64,000 nt of DNA from an uncultured Actinomycetota bacterium (lineage in GTDB: Bacteria > Actinomycetota > Actinomycetes > JACCUZ01). The notes below the pieces were generated by a model. That model did not search any database. It was not told where the DNA came from and saw only the letters and a program-made list of their open reading frames with translations. Every line of letters begins with the position of its first letter. Within the stretch, counting starts at the first letter, position 1. Of this stretch, positions 33,391 to 43,223 are shown piece after piece. Position numbers and translations under genes: made by a program. The stretch lies in the NCBI GenBank assembly GCA_963762865.1, contig CAVXNC010000018.1, forward strand, positions 1,697-65,696. The letters are read 5' to 3'.

Positions 33391-34851
33391 ATGGCGCACG
33401 TCAGCATCGCGGCGTTGCGCGACGTGCAGCGGCTGATCGTCCGGCTCAACGCCGGGGCCGATCTGGCCGCCACGTTGCGCGCCGTGGTCGACGGCGTGGT
33501 CGAGGGCCTGGGCTTCGAGGTGGCGGTCGTCAGCCTGGTGCACGACGACAAGACCGTCGAGGCGGTCGCCATCGCCGGCCCGCAGGACGTCAGCGACACA
33601 CTCCTGGGCAGGCGGACCCCGTTGGACAAGTGGGAGCGGGCGTTCGCGCGGTCCCACCCGTGGGGCGCGCTGCGCTACGAGCCGCACGAGATGGCCGACC
33701 TCGACGACATCCCGAGCTGGGTCCCAGACATCCCGGTGGTCGACGACCCCGACGCCTGGCACCCCCTCGACGCGCTCTACGCGCCGCTGCACTCGATCTC
33801 CGGCGACCTCGTCGGGGTCCTCTCGGTCGACCTGCCGCGCGACGGCCGCCGGCCGGGCGAGCTGCAGCGGGAGATGCTGGAGATGTACGCGACGCAGGCA
33901 GGCATCGCGATCGACAACGCCCGACTGGCGGAGCGCCTGCGTGAGAGCGAGGAGGCCTTCCGGCTGGCCTTCGAGAACGCGCCGTTCGGCATGTCCATCG
34001 TCGACTTCTCGCCGGCCACTGCCGGGCGGTTCATGCGCGTCAACGAGGCCATGTGCCGGATGCTCGGCTACAGCCGCCGCGAGCTGCAGGACCGCGGCAT
34101 CGCCGACATCACCCACCCTGACGACGTACCCGCCGACGAGCGTGTCATCGCCGGCGCGGTGCACGGCGACATCGATCGCTACCACCTGGAGAAGCGCTAC
34201 CTGCGGGCCGACGGTCAGCCGGTCTGGGTGTCCCTGCAGACGTCGGTCGTCCGCGACAACACGGGCACGCCGCTCTACGGGATCTCCCAGTTCGAGGACG
34301 TCAGCGACCGCCGCGCCGAGCACCAGGAGCTGACCCGGCGGGCGTTGGTGGACCCGCTCACCGGGCTTCTCAACCGGGCGTCCCTCGAGGACCGGGTCGA
34401 GGCCGCCATCCACGAGGCCCGCCGGACCCGGCGGCACGGCGCCCTGCTGTTCTGCGACCTGGACTCGTTCAAGCCCGTCAACGACACACACGGCCACGCG
34501 GTCGGCGACCAGGTCCTCGCGATCGTCGCGAAGCGGCTCGAGTCCCAGGTGCGGGCCAGGGACACCGCGGCGCGCTTCGGCGGTGACGAGTTCGTGCTCG
34601 TCGCCGACGACCTGGGCGGCGCGATGCTCGACGAGCTCGTGGCCCGGCTCCGCGAGGCGGTCGCCGCGCCGATCGACGTCGCCGGGGTGAACGTCGAGCT
34701 GTCGGTCACGGTCGGCACGGTGGCCGTGACCGGGGCGCACGGCGAGACGGCCGACTCGTTGGTTGCTGCGGCCGACGTCGACATGTACGGCCGCAAGCCG
34801 GGGGCCGAGTCGACCCCGGACATGGCGGGACCCCGGAGCCGGGGGGGATAG
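33391..34851 (+). CDS. GAF-PAS-GGDEF diguanylate cyclase
   Basis: An N-terminal GAF-like domain is followed by a PAS domain (FRLAFENAPFGMSIVD...RELQDRGIADITHPDD...YLRADGQPVWVSL). The GGDEF domain follows (DPLTGLLNR...DLDSFKPVNDTHGHAVGDQVL...ARFGGDEFVLV). Confidence 0.85.
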   Translation: MAHVSIAALRDVQRLIVRLNAGADLAATLRAVVDGVVEGLGFEVAVVSLVHDDKTVEAVAIAGPQDVSDTLLGRRTPLDKWERAFARSHPWGALRYEPHEMADLDDIPSWVPDIPVVDDPDAWHPLDALYAPLHSISGDLVGVLSVDLPRDGRRPGELQREMLEMYATQAGIAIDNARLAERLRESEEAFRLAFENAPFGMSIVDFSPATAGRFMRVNEAMCRMLGYSRRELQDRGIADITHPDDVPADERVIAGAVHGDIDRYHLEKRYLRADGQPVWVSLQTSVVRDNTGTPLYGISQFEDVSDRRAEHQELTRRALVDPLTGLLNRASLEDRVEAAIHEARRTRRHGALLFCDLDSFKPVNDTHGHAVGDQVLAIVAKRLESQVRARDTAARFGGDEFVLVADDLGGAMLDELVARLREAVAAPIDVAGVNVELSVTVGTVAVTGAHGETADSLVAAADVDMYGRKPGAESTPDMAGPRSRGG

Positions 34852-34948
34852 CTCCAGGGTCCCTGTGCGCGACCCGGCGGGGGGGTGCCAGGTCACGCAC
34901 TGCTGTGGCGGTACGGGCAGGGGGTTCCGGCCGCCCGGTGGTGCCTGT

Positions 34949-35722
34949 CTAGAGGACCCGACCGTAGGACACTGCCGACGACCAGGCGCGGTGCAGGCCG
35001 ACGCCGGTGCTCGGGTTCGACGCCTCCCACCAGTAGCCGTTGCCGGCGTAGATGGCGACGTGCCCGATGCTGCCGCCGCCGCCGTTGTAGACGAAGACGA
35101 GGTCGCCGGGCTGCGGGCTGGAGACGCGGGTGGCGACTCCAGACTGCGCCGACGACGAGTGCGGCAGCGAGATGCCGACCTTGGAGAAGACGTACGACGT
35201 GAAGCCCGAGCAGTCGAAGCCGCTCGGGCCCGAGCCGCCGTGCGCGTAGTAGGCGCCGGACGCGACCTGCTGGGCGATGTCGAGGACGTGCGCCGCCGAG
35301 GCGCTCATCCGCTCCACGCTGCGCGAGGCGGTCTGCAGCTGGCGGGACGAAGCCGCGCGCTGGCGAGCCTCGCGACGCTCCGCGGCGCGCTTCTCGGCGA
35401 GCCGCTTGGCCTTCGCCTCGGCGCGCGCCTTGGCCCGGGCGATGCGCTCGGCCCGCTCCTGCTGGGCGTCGGTCACCGCGTCCTGCAGGGCCAGGACGTT
35501 CTGGGTGTTGGCGAGGTCGCTGGCGACGTCGCTGGAGTGCGACACCGGCGTCGTGCGCAGCTTCGTCGCGTGCGACGAGGGTGCTGCCTGCGCGACGACC
35601 GTGCCGGTGATCGAGAGGGTCCCGGCGACGCCAGCGGCGACACCGAGGTGCAGGGGGCTGGCGTTGGCCTTGGAGAACTGCGCGAACTGCTGCAGCCTGG
35701 TCGGCCGTCGATGCTTGGACAA
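34949..35722 (-). CDS. NlpC/P60 (C40) cell-wall peptidase with coiled-coil N-region
   Basis: The C-terminal catalytic domain reads GPSGFDCSGFTSYVF...GDLVFV...GHVAIYAGNG. I place the start at TTG 35722, which lies 5 nt after GGGAGAGGA and directly after the riboswitch. The ORF-track ATG at 35803 lies inside the riboswitch. Confidence 0.8.
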   Translation of the reverse strand: MSKHRRPTRLQQFAQFSKANASPLHLGVAAGVAGTLSITGTVVAQAAPSSHATKLRTTPVSHSSDVASDLANTQNVLALQDAVTDAQQERAERIARAKARAEAKAKRLAEKRAAERREARQRAASSRQLQTASRSVERMSASAAHVLDIAQQVASGAYYAHGGSGPSGFDCSGFTSYVFSKVGISLPHSSSAQSGVATRVSSPQPGDLVFVYNGGGGSIGHVAIYAGNGYWWEASNPSTGVGLHRAWSSAVSYGRVL

Positions 35723-35737
35723 ACGGTCGTCCTCTCC

Positions 35738-35912
35738 CACGCCTACGAGGTGAGCTGTCGGGTTCGGGCGGGAGGTGCCCGGTCGCTTCCGGTGACGTTC
35801 CACCGGGGCGGCTTAACCCCTAGGACCCCTGAGGGCCCACAAACGTGTGGGTCCCCCGCTCCTGCCAGGCGTCTGTCGAGCTGCTGCGCGCGAGAGGCAG
35901 GATTCGGCGGCC
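35738..35912 (-). promoter_or_regulatory. cyclic-di-AMP riboswitch (ydaO-yuaA motif)
   Basis: The reverse strand reads ...CCGCCGAAUCC...GGAGCGGGGGACCCA...GGGGUUAAGCC...CCCGAACCCGACAGCUCACCUCGUAGGCG. This matches the conserved ydaO blocks CGCUUAAUC, AGCGGGGGACCCA, GGGGUGAAUCC and CCCGAACCCGUCAGCUAACCUCGUAAGCG. It sits directly 5' of a cell-wall hydrolase gene, the usual actinobacterial context. Confidence 0.85.
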
Positions 35913-36081
35913 TCGCGTGCGCCCGTCCGGAGGTTCCGGTCGAGCGGAGGAGAGGCTACGGGACGGGCCCGAGAAGGCACAAACCGCCCCCTCTCCCCCG
36001 CGCGTCGTGATCTACGCCCTCTGGACCGAGGTGGACCGAAGTGGGAGATCAACTTCTCGGAGCAGCTGGGCGTACGTCGCC

Positions 36082-36405
36082 TCAGCGCTCGACCGGGTAG
36101 CCGGCCCGGACCCACTCGGCCGTGCCTCCCTCGACGTTGACCGCGTCGACACCCAGCCGGGACAGGTACTGCGCGGCCTGCGCGCTGCGGGCGCCCACGG
36201 CGCAGACCAGGTAGACGGGCCGGTCGGTCGGCAGGTCGCCGGCCACGCCGGGCACGCTCATCATCGGGACCAGCCGGGCGCTGGGGACCCGGCCCTGCTC
36301 GAACTCCCACTCCTCGCGCACGTCGACAAGCAGCGGACCGTCGCCCTCGCCGACCTCGCCGGCGTCGAGGGCTGCCTTCAGCTCCTGGACGGTGATGCTG
36401 CGCAC
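36082..36405 (-). CDS. rhodanese-domain sulfurtransferase (single domain)
   Basis: 107 aa. It has LLVDVREEWEF and the active-site loop VYLVCAVGARSAQAAQYL. Confidence 0.85.
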   Translation of the reverse strand: MRSITVQELKAALDAGEVGEGDGPLLVDVREEWEFEQGRVPSARLVPMMSVPGVAGDLPTDRPVYLVCAVGARSAQAAQYLSRLGVDAVNVEGGTAEWVRAGYPVER

Positions 36406-36417
36406 GACCCCAGCCTC

Positions 36418-37101
36418 TCAGCCGGTCGTCACGTAGACGTGCGAGGCCACCTCGGCGCTGATCTCGGTCGTCTCGCCGCCGGAGCCGACGAGCAGCCCCT
36501 CGCCACCGGGGCCGACCGTGATCGAGGCACCCGGCTGGACCCCTGCGCGACGCAGCCTCGACATCAGCGCCGGGTCGCTCTGGACCGGCTCGGCGAGCCG
36601 GCGGACCACCGCTGCCGTCACGCCGCCGTCGAGGAAGCGGTCCAGGGACTGCAGGACCGACCCGTCGTCGACGCCGTCGGGGTCGCCGAGCTCGGCAAGG
36701 CCCGGGATCGGGTTGCCGTAGGGCGACACGGTCGGGTGCCCGAGGACCTCGAGCAGCTTGCGCTCCACGGTCTCGGACATGACGTGCTCCCAGCGGCAGG
36801 CCTCGTCGTGCACCAGCTCCCAGTCCAGGCCGATGACCTCGACGAGCAGGCACTCGGCCAGCCGGTGCTTGCGCATGACCCGGGTCGCGAGCTTGCGACC
36901 GAGCGGGCTGAGCTCGAGGTGCCGGTCGCCCTCGACGCTGAGCAGGCCGTCGCGCTCCATCCGGGCGACCGTCTGCGACACGGTCGGACCGGACTGCCCG
37001 AGCCGCTCCGCGATGCGCGCCCGCAGCGGGACGACACCCTCCTCTTCCAGCTCGAAGACCGTCCGGAGGTACATCTCGGTGGTGTCGATGAGGTCGCTCA
37101 C
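36418..37101 (-). CDS. ideR: iron-dependent repressor, DtxR/IdeR family
   Basis: GTG at 37101 lies 9 nt after GGGAGG. The sequence reads [53 protein letters not shown]...[11 protein letters not shown]...ACRWEHVMS, followed by a C-terminal SH3-like domain. The 339-aa ORF-track version is an upstream extension. Confidence 0.85.
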   Translation of the reverse strand: MSDLIDTTEMYLRTVFELEEEGVVPLRARIAERLGQSGPTVSQTVARMERDGLLSVEGDRHLELSPLGRKLATRVMRKHRLAECLLVEVIGLDWELVHDEACRWEHVMSETVERKLLEVLGHPTVSPYGNPIPGLAELGDPDGVDDGSVLQSLDRFLDGGVTAAVVRRLAEPVQSDPALMSRLRRAGVQPGASITVGPGGEGLLVGSGGETTEISAEVASHVYVTTG

Positions 37102-37171
37102 ACCCACCATCCTCCCGTACGACGCCAGGTCGGCGGCCGTTCGAGAGCCGCGGGGTCGATACTCGGGGTCC

Positions 37172-37807
37172 ATGACGGAGGTGAGCGCCGCCGACTTCGT
37201 GCCGGCCGGGGCCGGGATCGAGGCGCTCCGGGCCGCCGCGCGGGACTGCCGCGGCTGCGAGCTCTGGGAGCCCGCCACGCAGGCCGTGTTCTCGGCCGGC
37301 CCGGACCGTGCCCAGCTCGTGCTCGTCGGCGAGCAGCCGGGCGACCAGGAGGACCGGCAGGGCGCACCCTTCGTCGGCCCGGCCGGCCGGCTGCTCGTGC
37401 GGGCGGTCGAGGAGGCCGGGCTGGCGCCGGGCGACATCTACCGGACGAACGCCGTGAAGCACTTCCGGTTCACCCAGGACGGGCCGGGGAGGCGCCGGAT
37501 CCACCAGACGCCGGAGATGCGGCACATCACGGCGTGCAAGCCCTGGCTGGTGGCGGAGCTGCGGCTGGTCGACCCGGTCGTGACCGTCGCGCTGGGCGCC
37601 ACCGCCGCGAAGGCGCTGCTCGGCCCGGCCGTGCGGGTGACCCGCGACCGGGGCACCGTGCTCGAGCGGGACACCTCGCTCGGCCCGCGGCGGTTCGTGG
37701 TGACCACCCATCCGAGCGCTGTGCTGCGTACGCCCGAGGACTCCCGCGACGAGGCCTTCGCCGCCCTGGTCGCCGACCTCCGGGTCGCCGCGACATTGAT
37801 CACGTGA
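37172..37807 (+). CDS. udgX: family-4-like uracil-DNA glycosylase of the UdgX type
   Basis: ATG at 37172. Motif A is [22 protein letters not shown]. The sequence [22 protein letters not shown] contains the (K/R)RRIH insertion loop I recall as diagnostic for M. smegmatis UdgX. Motif B is [17 protein letters not shown] region contributes Fe-S cluster Cys residues. Confidence 0.8.
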   Translation: MTEVSAADFVPAGAGIEALRAAARDCRGCELWEPATQAVFSAGPDRAQLVLVGEQPGDQEDRQGAPFVGPAGRLLVRAVEEAGLAPGDIYRTNAVKHFRFTQDGPGRRRIHQTPEMRHITACKPWLVAELRLVDPVVTVALGATAAKALLGPAVRVTRDRGTVLERDTSLGPRRFVVTTHPSAVLRTPEDSRDEAFAALVADLRVAATLIT

Positions 37808-37878
37808 GCGTGGTCATTTGTTGCTGGACGGGGCAAATTTGCCTGTGCCAGCAGCCATTGACCACGCCAGCGTGATCA
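37797..37878. repeat. 82-bp imperfect palindrome centred on GGCAAATTTGCC
   Basis: The two 41-nt halves are complementary at 31 of 41 positions. The outer arms are TGATCACG...GCGTGGTCA / TGACCACGC...CGTGATCA. The core is a perfect 12-bp palindrome, GGCAAATTTGCC. The element begins inside the last codons of udgX and fills most of the 101-bp gap before the next gene. Confidence 0.6.
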
Positions 37879-37908
37879 ATTCGTCGGGACCGTTCTAGCC
37901 TCGGGGCC

Positions 37909-38631
37909 ATGGAGAGCGTGGGGCTGGTGGTCGCGGCTCGGTTCTGCGGGCCGCCGGACACGGGCAACGGCGGCTACACGGCCGGGCTGCTGGCCGCCGG
38001 CCTGTCGGGCGGGCCGGTGCGGGTGACGCTGCACCAGCCGCCGCCGCTGGAGTCGGCGATGGTGCTGGCCCACGAGGACGGCGTGCTCTCCGCGACCTTC
38101 GGCGGCGCGGTCATCGCGACCGCCGAGCCGGGCGAGCTGCTGGGCGACCTGGTCGAGCCGGTGCCCTTCGCGACCGCGCGAGCCGCCCAGTCGCACTACC
38201 CAGGGCTGGTCGGCCACCCCTTCCCCGGCTGCTTCGTGTGCGGGCCGGACCGGCCGCCCGGCGGCTCGGACGGCGGCATGGGCCTGCACCCGGGGCCGGT
38301 CGGCGACTACGGCCCCGGCGGCGACGGATGGGTCGCCACGTCCTGGGTGCCCGACGCATCGCAGGCAGACACCGACGGCTACATCGGGCCGGAGATGGTG
38401 TGGGCGGCGCTGGACTGCCCCGGGGGCTGGGCCAACGACCTGGGCGAGCGCCCGATGGTCCTCGGCCGGATCACCGCGTCGGTGGACGCCGTGCCCGACG
38501 TCGGCGACCGGTGCGTCGTCGTGGGTCGGCGCCGTGGGTCGGACGGCCGGAAGAGCCTGACCGCCAGCACCGCATATGACACCGACGGTCGGATCCTCGG
38601 GCACGCCGAGTCGATCTGGATCGCCGTCTGA
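37909..38631 (+). CDS. hotdog-fold (thioesterase-like) hypothetical protein
   Basis: 240 aa. It has GNGGYTAGLLA and FPGCFVCGP motifs and a C-terminal beta-rich region. The family assignment is tentative. Confidence 0.5.
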   Translation: MESVGLVVAARFCGPPDTGNGGYTAGLLAAGLSGGPVRVTLHQPPPLESAMVLAHEDGVLSATFGGAVIATAEPGELLGDLVEPVPFATARAAQSHYPGLVGHPFPGCFVCGPDRPPGGSDGGMGLHPGPVGDYGPGGDGWVATSWVPDASQADTDGYIGPEMVWAALDCPGGWANDLGERPMVLGRITASVDAVPDVGDRCVVVGRRRGSDGRKSLTASTAYDTDGRILGHAESIWIAV

Positions 38632-38857
38632 GCCGTCCGCGCGCGGCCTCGAACCGCACTGCGAGACACGGCGGAAAGTCGTTGTGATCGCCCCTTTCTG
38701 GACGTACGGTCGTCCTACACGGAAGGGAGGTGGTCCGAACACTTGAGTACTTATCGGACGCGTGAGGTGGCTGCCAGCTAGCGCCACGAGCAGCACCCGA
38801 CGCCGATCGGATCACCGGCTTCTCGTTGGAACCGGCGAATCCAAGGCAGTCACCCGA

Positions 38858-38905
38858 CCCCCGGGCCTGCGCAGGACACGTCCCCTGCGCGGTGAGGCCC
38901 GGGGG
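38858..38905. terminator. long GC stem-loop (18 bp in two segments) after pdxH
   Basis: CCCCCGGGCCT-GCGCAGG-acacgtcc-CCTGCGC-ggtg-AGGCCCGGGGG, followed on the plus strand by TCGTTGCTGTT. It lies 30 nt beyond the minus-strand pdxH stop. Confidence 0.5.
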
Positions 38906-38934
38906 TCGTTGCTGTTCCGGCCGAGGTCCCTCGG

Positions 38935-39576
38935 TCAGGGAGCCAGGCGGTCCCGGGTCCAGGGCCCGGTCGATCCCGCCGGCCGTACGTAGCGCAGCCG
39001 GTCGTGCAGGCGCCCCGCGCGGCCGGCCCAGAACTCCCAGGCGACCGGCACCACCCGGTAGCCGCCCCAGTGCGGCGGCACCGGCACCGGCGCGTCTGCC
39101 GGGAAGCGCTCTGTCGCCTCGGCGAGCCGGCGGTCGAGCTCGGCCCGGTCCGCGACGACGGTGGACTGCGGACTGGCCCACGCGCCGAGCTGCGAGTCGC
39201 GCGGCCGGGTCGCGAAGTAGGCCGCGACCACGTCGTCGGGCAGGCGCTCGACGGAGCCGGTCACCCGGACCTGGCGGTGAGCGGGGTGCCACGGGAAGAC
39301 CAGCTCCGCGCGCGGGTTCGCAGCCAGCTGGGCCGCCTTGGCCGACCCCGTGTTGGTGAAGAAGCGCAGACCTGCGGCGTCGTACCCCTTGAGGAGCACG
39401 GTCCGCGCCGCCGGCCACCCGTCGCCGCCCACCGTCGCCACGACCATCGCGTTGGGCTCGGCGACCCCGGCCGCCGCGACCTCCGCGAACCACCGGGTGA
39501 AGAGGTCGAGCGGGTCGTCCGGCGCCTGCGTCTCGTCGAGGCCGGCCCGCTCGTAGCCCACCCGCATCAGTGACAT
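38935..39576 (-). CDS. pdxH: pyridoxamine 5'-phosphate oxidase
   Basis: ATG at 39576 (MSLMRVGYERAGL...). Motifs are EPNAMVVATV, RTVLLKGYD, FFTNTGSAKA and the C-terminal WEFWAGRAGRLHDRLRY...W...RLAP. Confidence 0.85.
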   Translation of the reverse strand: MSLMRVGYERAGLDETQAPDDPLDLFTRWFAEVAAAGVAEPNAMVVATVGGDGWPAARTVLLKGYDAAGLRFFTNTGSAKAAQLAANPRAELVFPWHPAHRQVRVTGSVERLPDDVVAAYFATRPRDSQLGAWASPQSTVVADRAELDRRLAEATERFPADAPVPVPPHWGGYRVVPVAWEFWAGRAGRLHDRLRYVRPAGSTGPWTRDRLAP

Positions 39577-39670
39577 GTCAGTCGGGTCTGGCGGCTCCGG
39601 TGCGCTCACGGGCAGCACTGTGGCACGCCCGCAGGAGACAGCGACCGCCCCGTGGGCCAGAATCCCCGGT

Positions 39671-40825
39671 ATGTCCACCCCAGCCGACGCCGCTGCCCAG
39701 ACCCCCGCAGCCGCGACCGCCGCCCCGACGGCCGACGTCGTCTTCAAGCCCGGTCTGGAAGGCGTGGTCGCCTTCGAGACCGAGATCGCCGAGCCCGACA
39801 AGGAAGGCGGCTCGCTGCGCTACCGCGGCGTGGACATCGAGGACCTGGTCGGACAGGTGTCCTTCGGCAACGTGTGGGGGCTGCTGGTCGACAACGAGTT
39901 CAACCCGGGCCTGCCGCCTGCCGAGCCCTTCCCGCTGCCGGTGCACTCCGGCGACGTGCGGGTCGACGTGCAGAGCGCGCTGGCGATGCTCGCGCCGGCG
40001 TGGGGCTTCCGGCAGCTGCTGGACATCGAGCCCGAGGAGGCCCGCGACAACCTGGCGCGCGCGTCGGTGATGGCGCTGTCCTTCGTCGCGCAGTCGGCCC
40101 GCGGCATCGGGCTGCCGATGGTGCCGCAGTCCGAGATCGACAAGGCGGCCACGATCGTGGAGCGCTTCATGATCCGCTGGCGCGGCGAGCCGGACCCGCG
40201 GCACGTGCAGGCGGTCGACGCCTACTGGACCTCGGCGGCCGAGCACGGCATGAACGCGTCCACCTTCACCGCGCGGGTGATCGCGTCAACGGGAGCCGAC
40301 GTCGCGGCCTGCCTGTCCGGCGCGGTCGGCGCCATGTCCGGCCCGCTGCACGGCGGGGCGCCGTCGCGGGTGCTGCACATGCTCGACGGCGTGGACAAGT
40401 CCGGCGACGCGGCGGCCTACGTGCGCGGCGTGCTCGACCGCGGCGAGCGGCTGATGGGCTTCGGTCACCGGGTCTACCGGGCGCAGGACCCGCGCGCCCG
40501 GGTGCTGCGACGGACCGCCAAGGAGCTGGCGGCGCCGCGCTACGAGGTGGCCGCGGCGCTCGAGACCGCGGCGCTCGAGGAGCTGCGCGCTCGCCGGCCG
40601 GACCGAGTGCTGGAGACCAACGTCGAGTTCTGGGCGGCCGTGGTCCTGGACTTCGCCGAGGTGCCGCCGCACATGTTCACGCCGATGTTCTCCTGCGCGC
40701 GCACCGCGGGCTGGTCCGCGCACGTGCTGGAGCAGAAGCGCACCGGCCGGTTGATCCGGCCGTCCGCGCGCTACGTCGGCGAGGGGCCGCGCAAGCCCGC
40801 CGACGTGGTCGGCTACCCGGCCTGA
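39671..40825 (+). CDS. citrate synthase (type II small form, CitA-like)
   Basis: ATG at 39671. Motifs are GLEGVVAFETEIA...GSLRYRGVDIEDL, GPLHGGAPSRV, MGFGHRVYRAQDPRA and NVEFWAAVVLDF. Confidence 0.85.
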   Translation: MSTPADAAAQTPAAATAAPTADVVFKPGLEGVVAFETEIAEPDKEGGSLRYRGVDIEDLVGQVSFGNVWGLLVDNEFNPGLPPAEPFPLPVHSGDVRVDVQSALAMLAPAWGFRQLLDIEPEEARDNLARASVMALSFVAQSARGIGLPMVPQSEIDKAATIVERFMIRWRGEPDPRHVQAVDAYWTSAAEHGMNASTFTARVIASTGADVAACLSGAVGAMSGPLHGGAPSRVLHMLDGVDKSGDAAAYVRGVLDRGERLMGFGHRVYRAQDPRARVLRRTAKELAAPRYEVAAALETAALEELRARRPDRVLETNVEFWAAVVLDFAEVPPHMFTPMFSCARTAGWSAHVLEQKRTGRLIRPSARYVGEGPRKPADVVGYPA

Positions 40826-41974
<1,149 letters not shown>

Positions 41975-41976
41975 CC

Positions 41977-43146
41977 ATGCTGGGTGGCCGACCCGTGGGG
42001 CTGGAGCGCGACCGGCTCACCTGGCTGACCTACCTCCAGCTCGGCTGCTTCGGCTACTTCCTCTACGGCTTCGGTCCGTCGTTGAGCCTGCTCCGCGACG
42101 AGCAGGGCACCAGCAGGGCGGTGGCCGGGCTGCATGGGACGGCGCTCGCCGTGGGTTCGCTCCTCGCCGCTCTGGTGGCTGCGCGCCTCGTCGGTCGCTT
42201 CGGTCGTACGGCGCTCGTCTGGTCCGGGCTCGCCACCCTCTGCGCGGGGATCGCGCTCTTCACCGCCACCACCGCCCTTCCCGCGACCCTCTCGGGTGCC
42301 TTGGTCGGGGCCTTCGGCGGCTCGTTCGTGGTGATGCTGAGCTCCACGGTGCTCATCGACCGGCACGGCGACGGCGGCCCGTCGGCGGTCGCGGAGGCCA
42401 ACGCGCTCGCTGCTGGAGTGGGTACCGTCGCGCCGCTCGTGGTCGGCGCGTCGGTCGCGCTGGGGCTGGGCTGGCGGCCGGCGATGCTGTTGCTGCTGCC
42501 CGTCGTCGCCGCGCTGGCGGTTGCCGGGCGCGGGGTGCGGGCGCCGCGGCCGGCGAGTCACGGCGAGGAAAAGGGCGGCCGGCTGCCCCGGAAGTACTGG
42601 ATCAGCTGGATGGTCGTCACGGCGGGCATCGCCGTGGAGTTCTGCCTGGTGCTGTGGACCGCCGACGTCATGCGGGAGCGGATGGGGCTGTCGCCGGGGC
42701 CGGCGGCGGCCTGCGTGACCGCGGTCGTCGGCGGCATGTGCGCCGGGCGGGTGGTCGGCGGCCGGCTGGCGCTGCGCTATCCGCTCGACCGGCTGCTCCA
42801 CTCGGCCATCGTTCTCACGACGGCCGGCTTCGCGGTCTTCTGGCTGACGACGAGCGTCTGGCTGGCGCTGCCTGCGCTGCTCGCGTGCGGTCTGGGGATC
42901 GCGCTGTTCTACCCCCTGGGTGTCGCCCGGGCGATCAACGCCTCGGAGGGCCGGCCGGACCACGCCAGCGCCCGAGCCGGCGTCGGCGCGGCGCTGGCGA
43001 GCGGGATCGGGCCCTTCGTGCTCGGCGCCCTGGCCGACCTGGTCGGCCTGCACCTCGCGCTGCTCGTGGTGCCCGTGCTGCTCGCGGTGGCCGCGCTCGG
43101 CCTGCGGCTCGGCCGGGTGGACACCCGCGTCGCCGCCGTCGGCTGA
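41977..43146 (+). CDS. MFS transporter
   Basis: ATG at 41977. About 12 hydrophobic segments in a 6+6 arrangement, with a central basic loop (RAPRPASHGEEKGGRLPRKYW). Confidence 0.7.
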   Translation: MLGGRPVGLERDRLTWLTYLQLGCFGYFLYGFGPSLSLLRDEQGTSRAVAGLHGTALAVGSLLAALVAARLVGRFGRTALVWSGLATLCAGIALFTATTALPATLSGALVGAFGGSFVVMLSSTVLIDRHGDGGPSAVAEANALAAGVGTVAPLVVGASVALGLGWRPAMLLLLPVVAALAVAGRGVRAPRPASHGEEKGGRLPRKYWISWMVVTAGIAVEFCLVLWTADVMRERMGLSPGPAAACVTAVVGGMCAGRVVGGRLALRYPLDRLLHSAIVLTTAGFAVFWLTTSVWLALPALLACGLGIALFYPLGVARAINASEGRPDHASARAGVGAALASGIGPFVLGALADLVGLHLALLVVPVLLAVAALGLRLGRVDTRVAAVG

Positions 43147-43155
43147 CCCCCCAGC

Positions 43156-43210
43156 CATGATCGTGAGGGAAACCAGATCCCCTCCGAGCCCGGTTCCCCT
43201 CACGATCATG
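43156..43210. terminator. 14-bp perfect inverted repeat between converging genes
   Basis: CATGATCGTGAGGG-N27-CCCTCACGATCATG. It lies between the stops at 43146 (+) and 43224 (-). Confidence 0.5.
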
Positions 43211-43223
43211 AGTCGACAGCGGC

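Noticed and set aside
35723-35803. ATG 35803 as the start of the NlpC/P60 gene
   Set aside because: That codon lies inside the conserved 3' half of the ydaO riboswitch. TTG 35722 has a proper Shine-Dalgarno immediately after the aptamer.
37102-37437. Upstream extension of the ideR ORF (339-aa version), and similar long extensions of the arsC, ArsO-like, pdxH, thpR, solA-like, MFS (57379..59310) and SGNH ORFs
   Set aside because: In each case the family-typical N-terminus with an RBS or an overlap-coupled start lies well inside the ORF. The extension runs across an intergenic region or a neighbouring gene.
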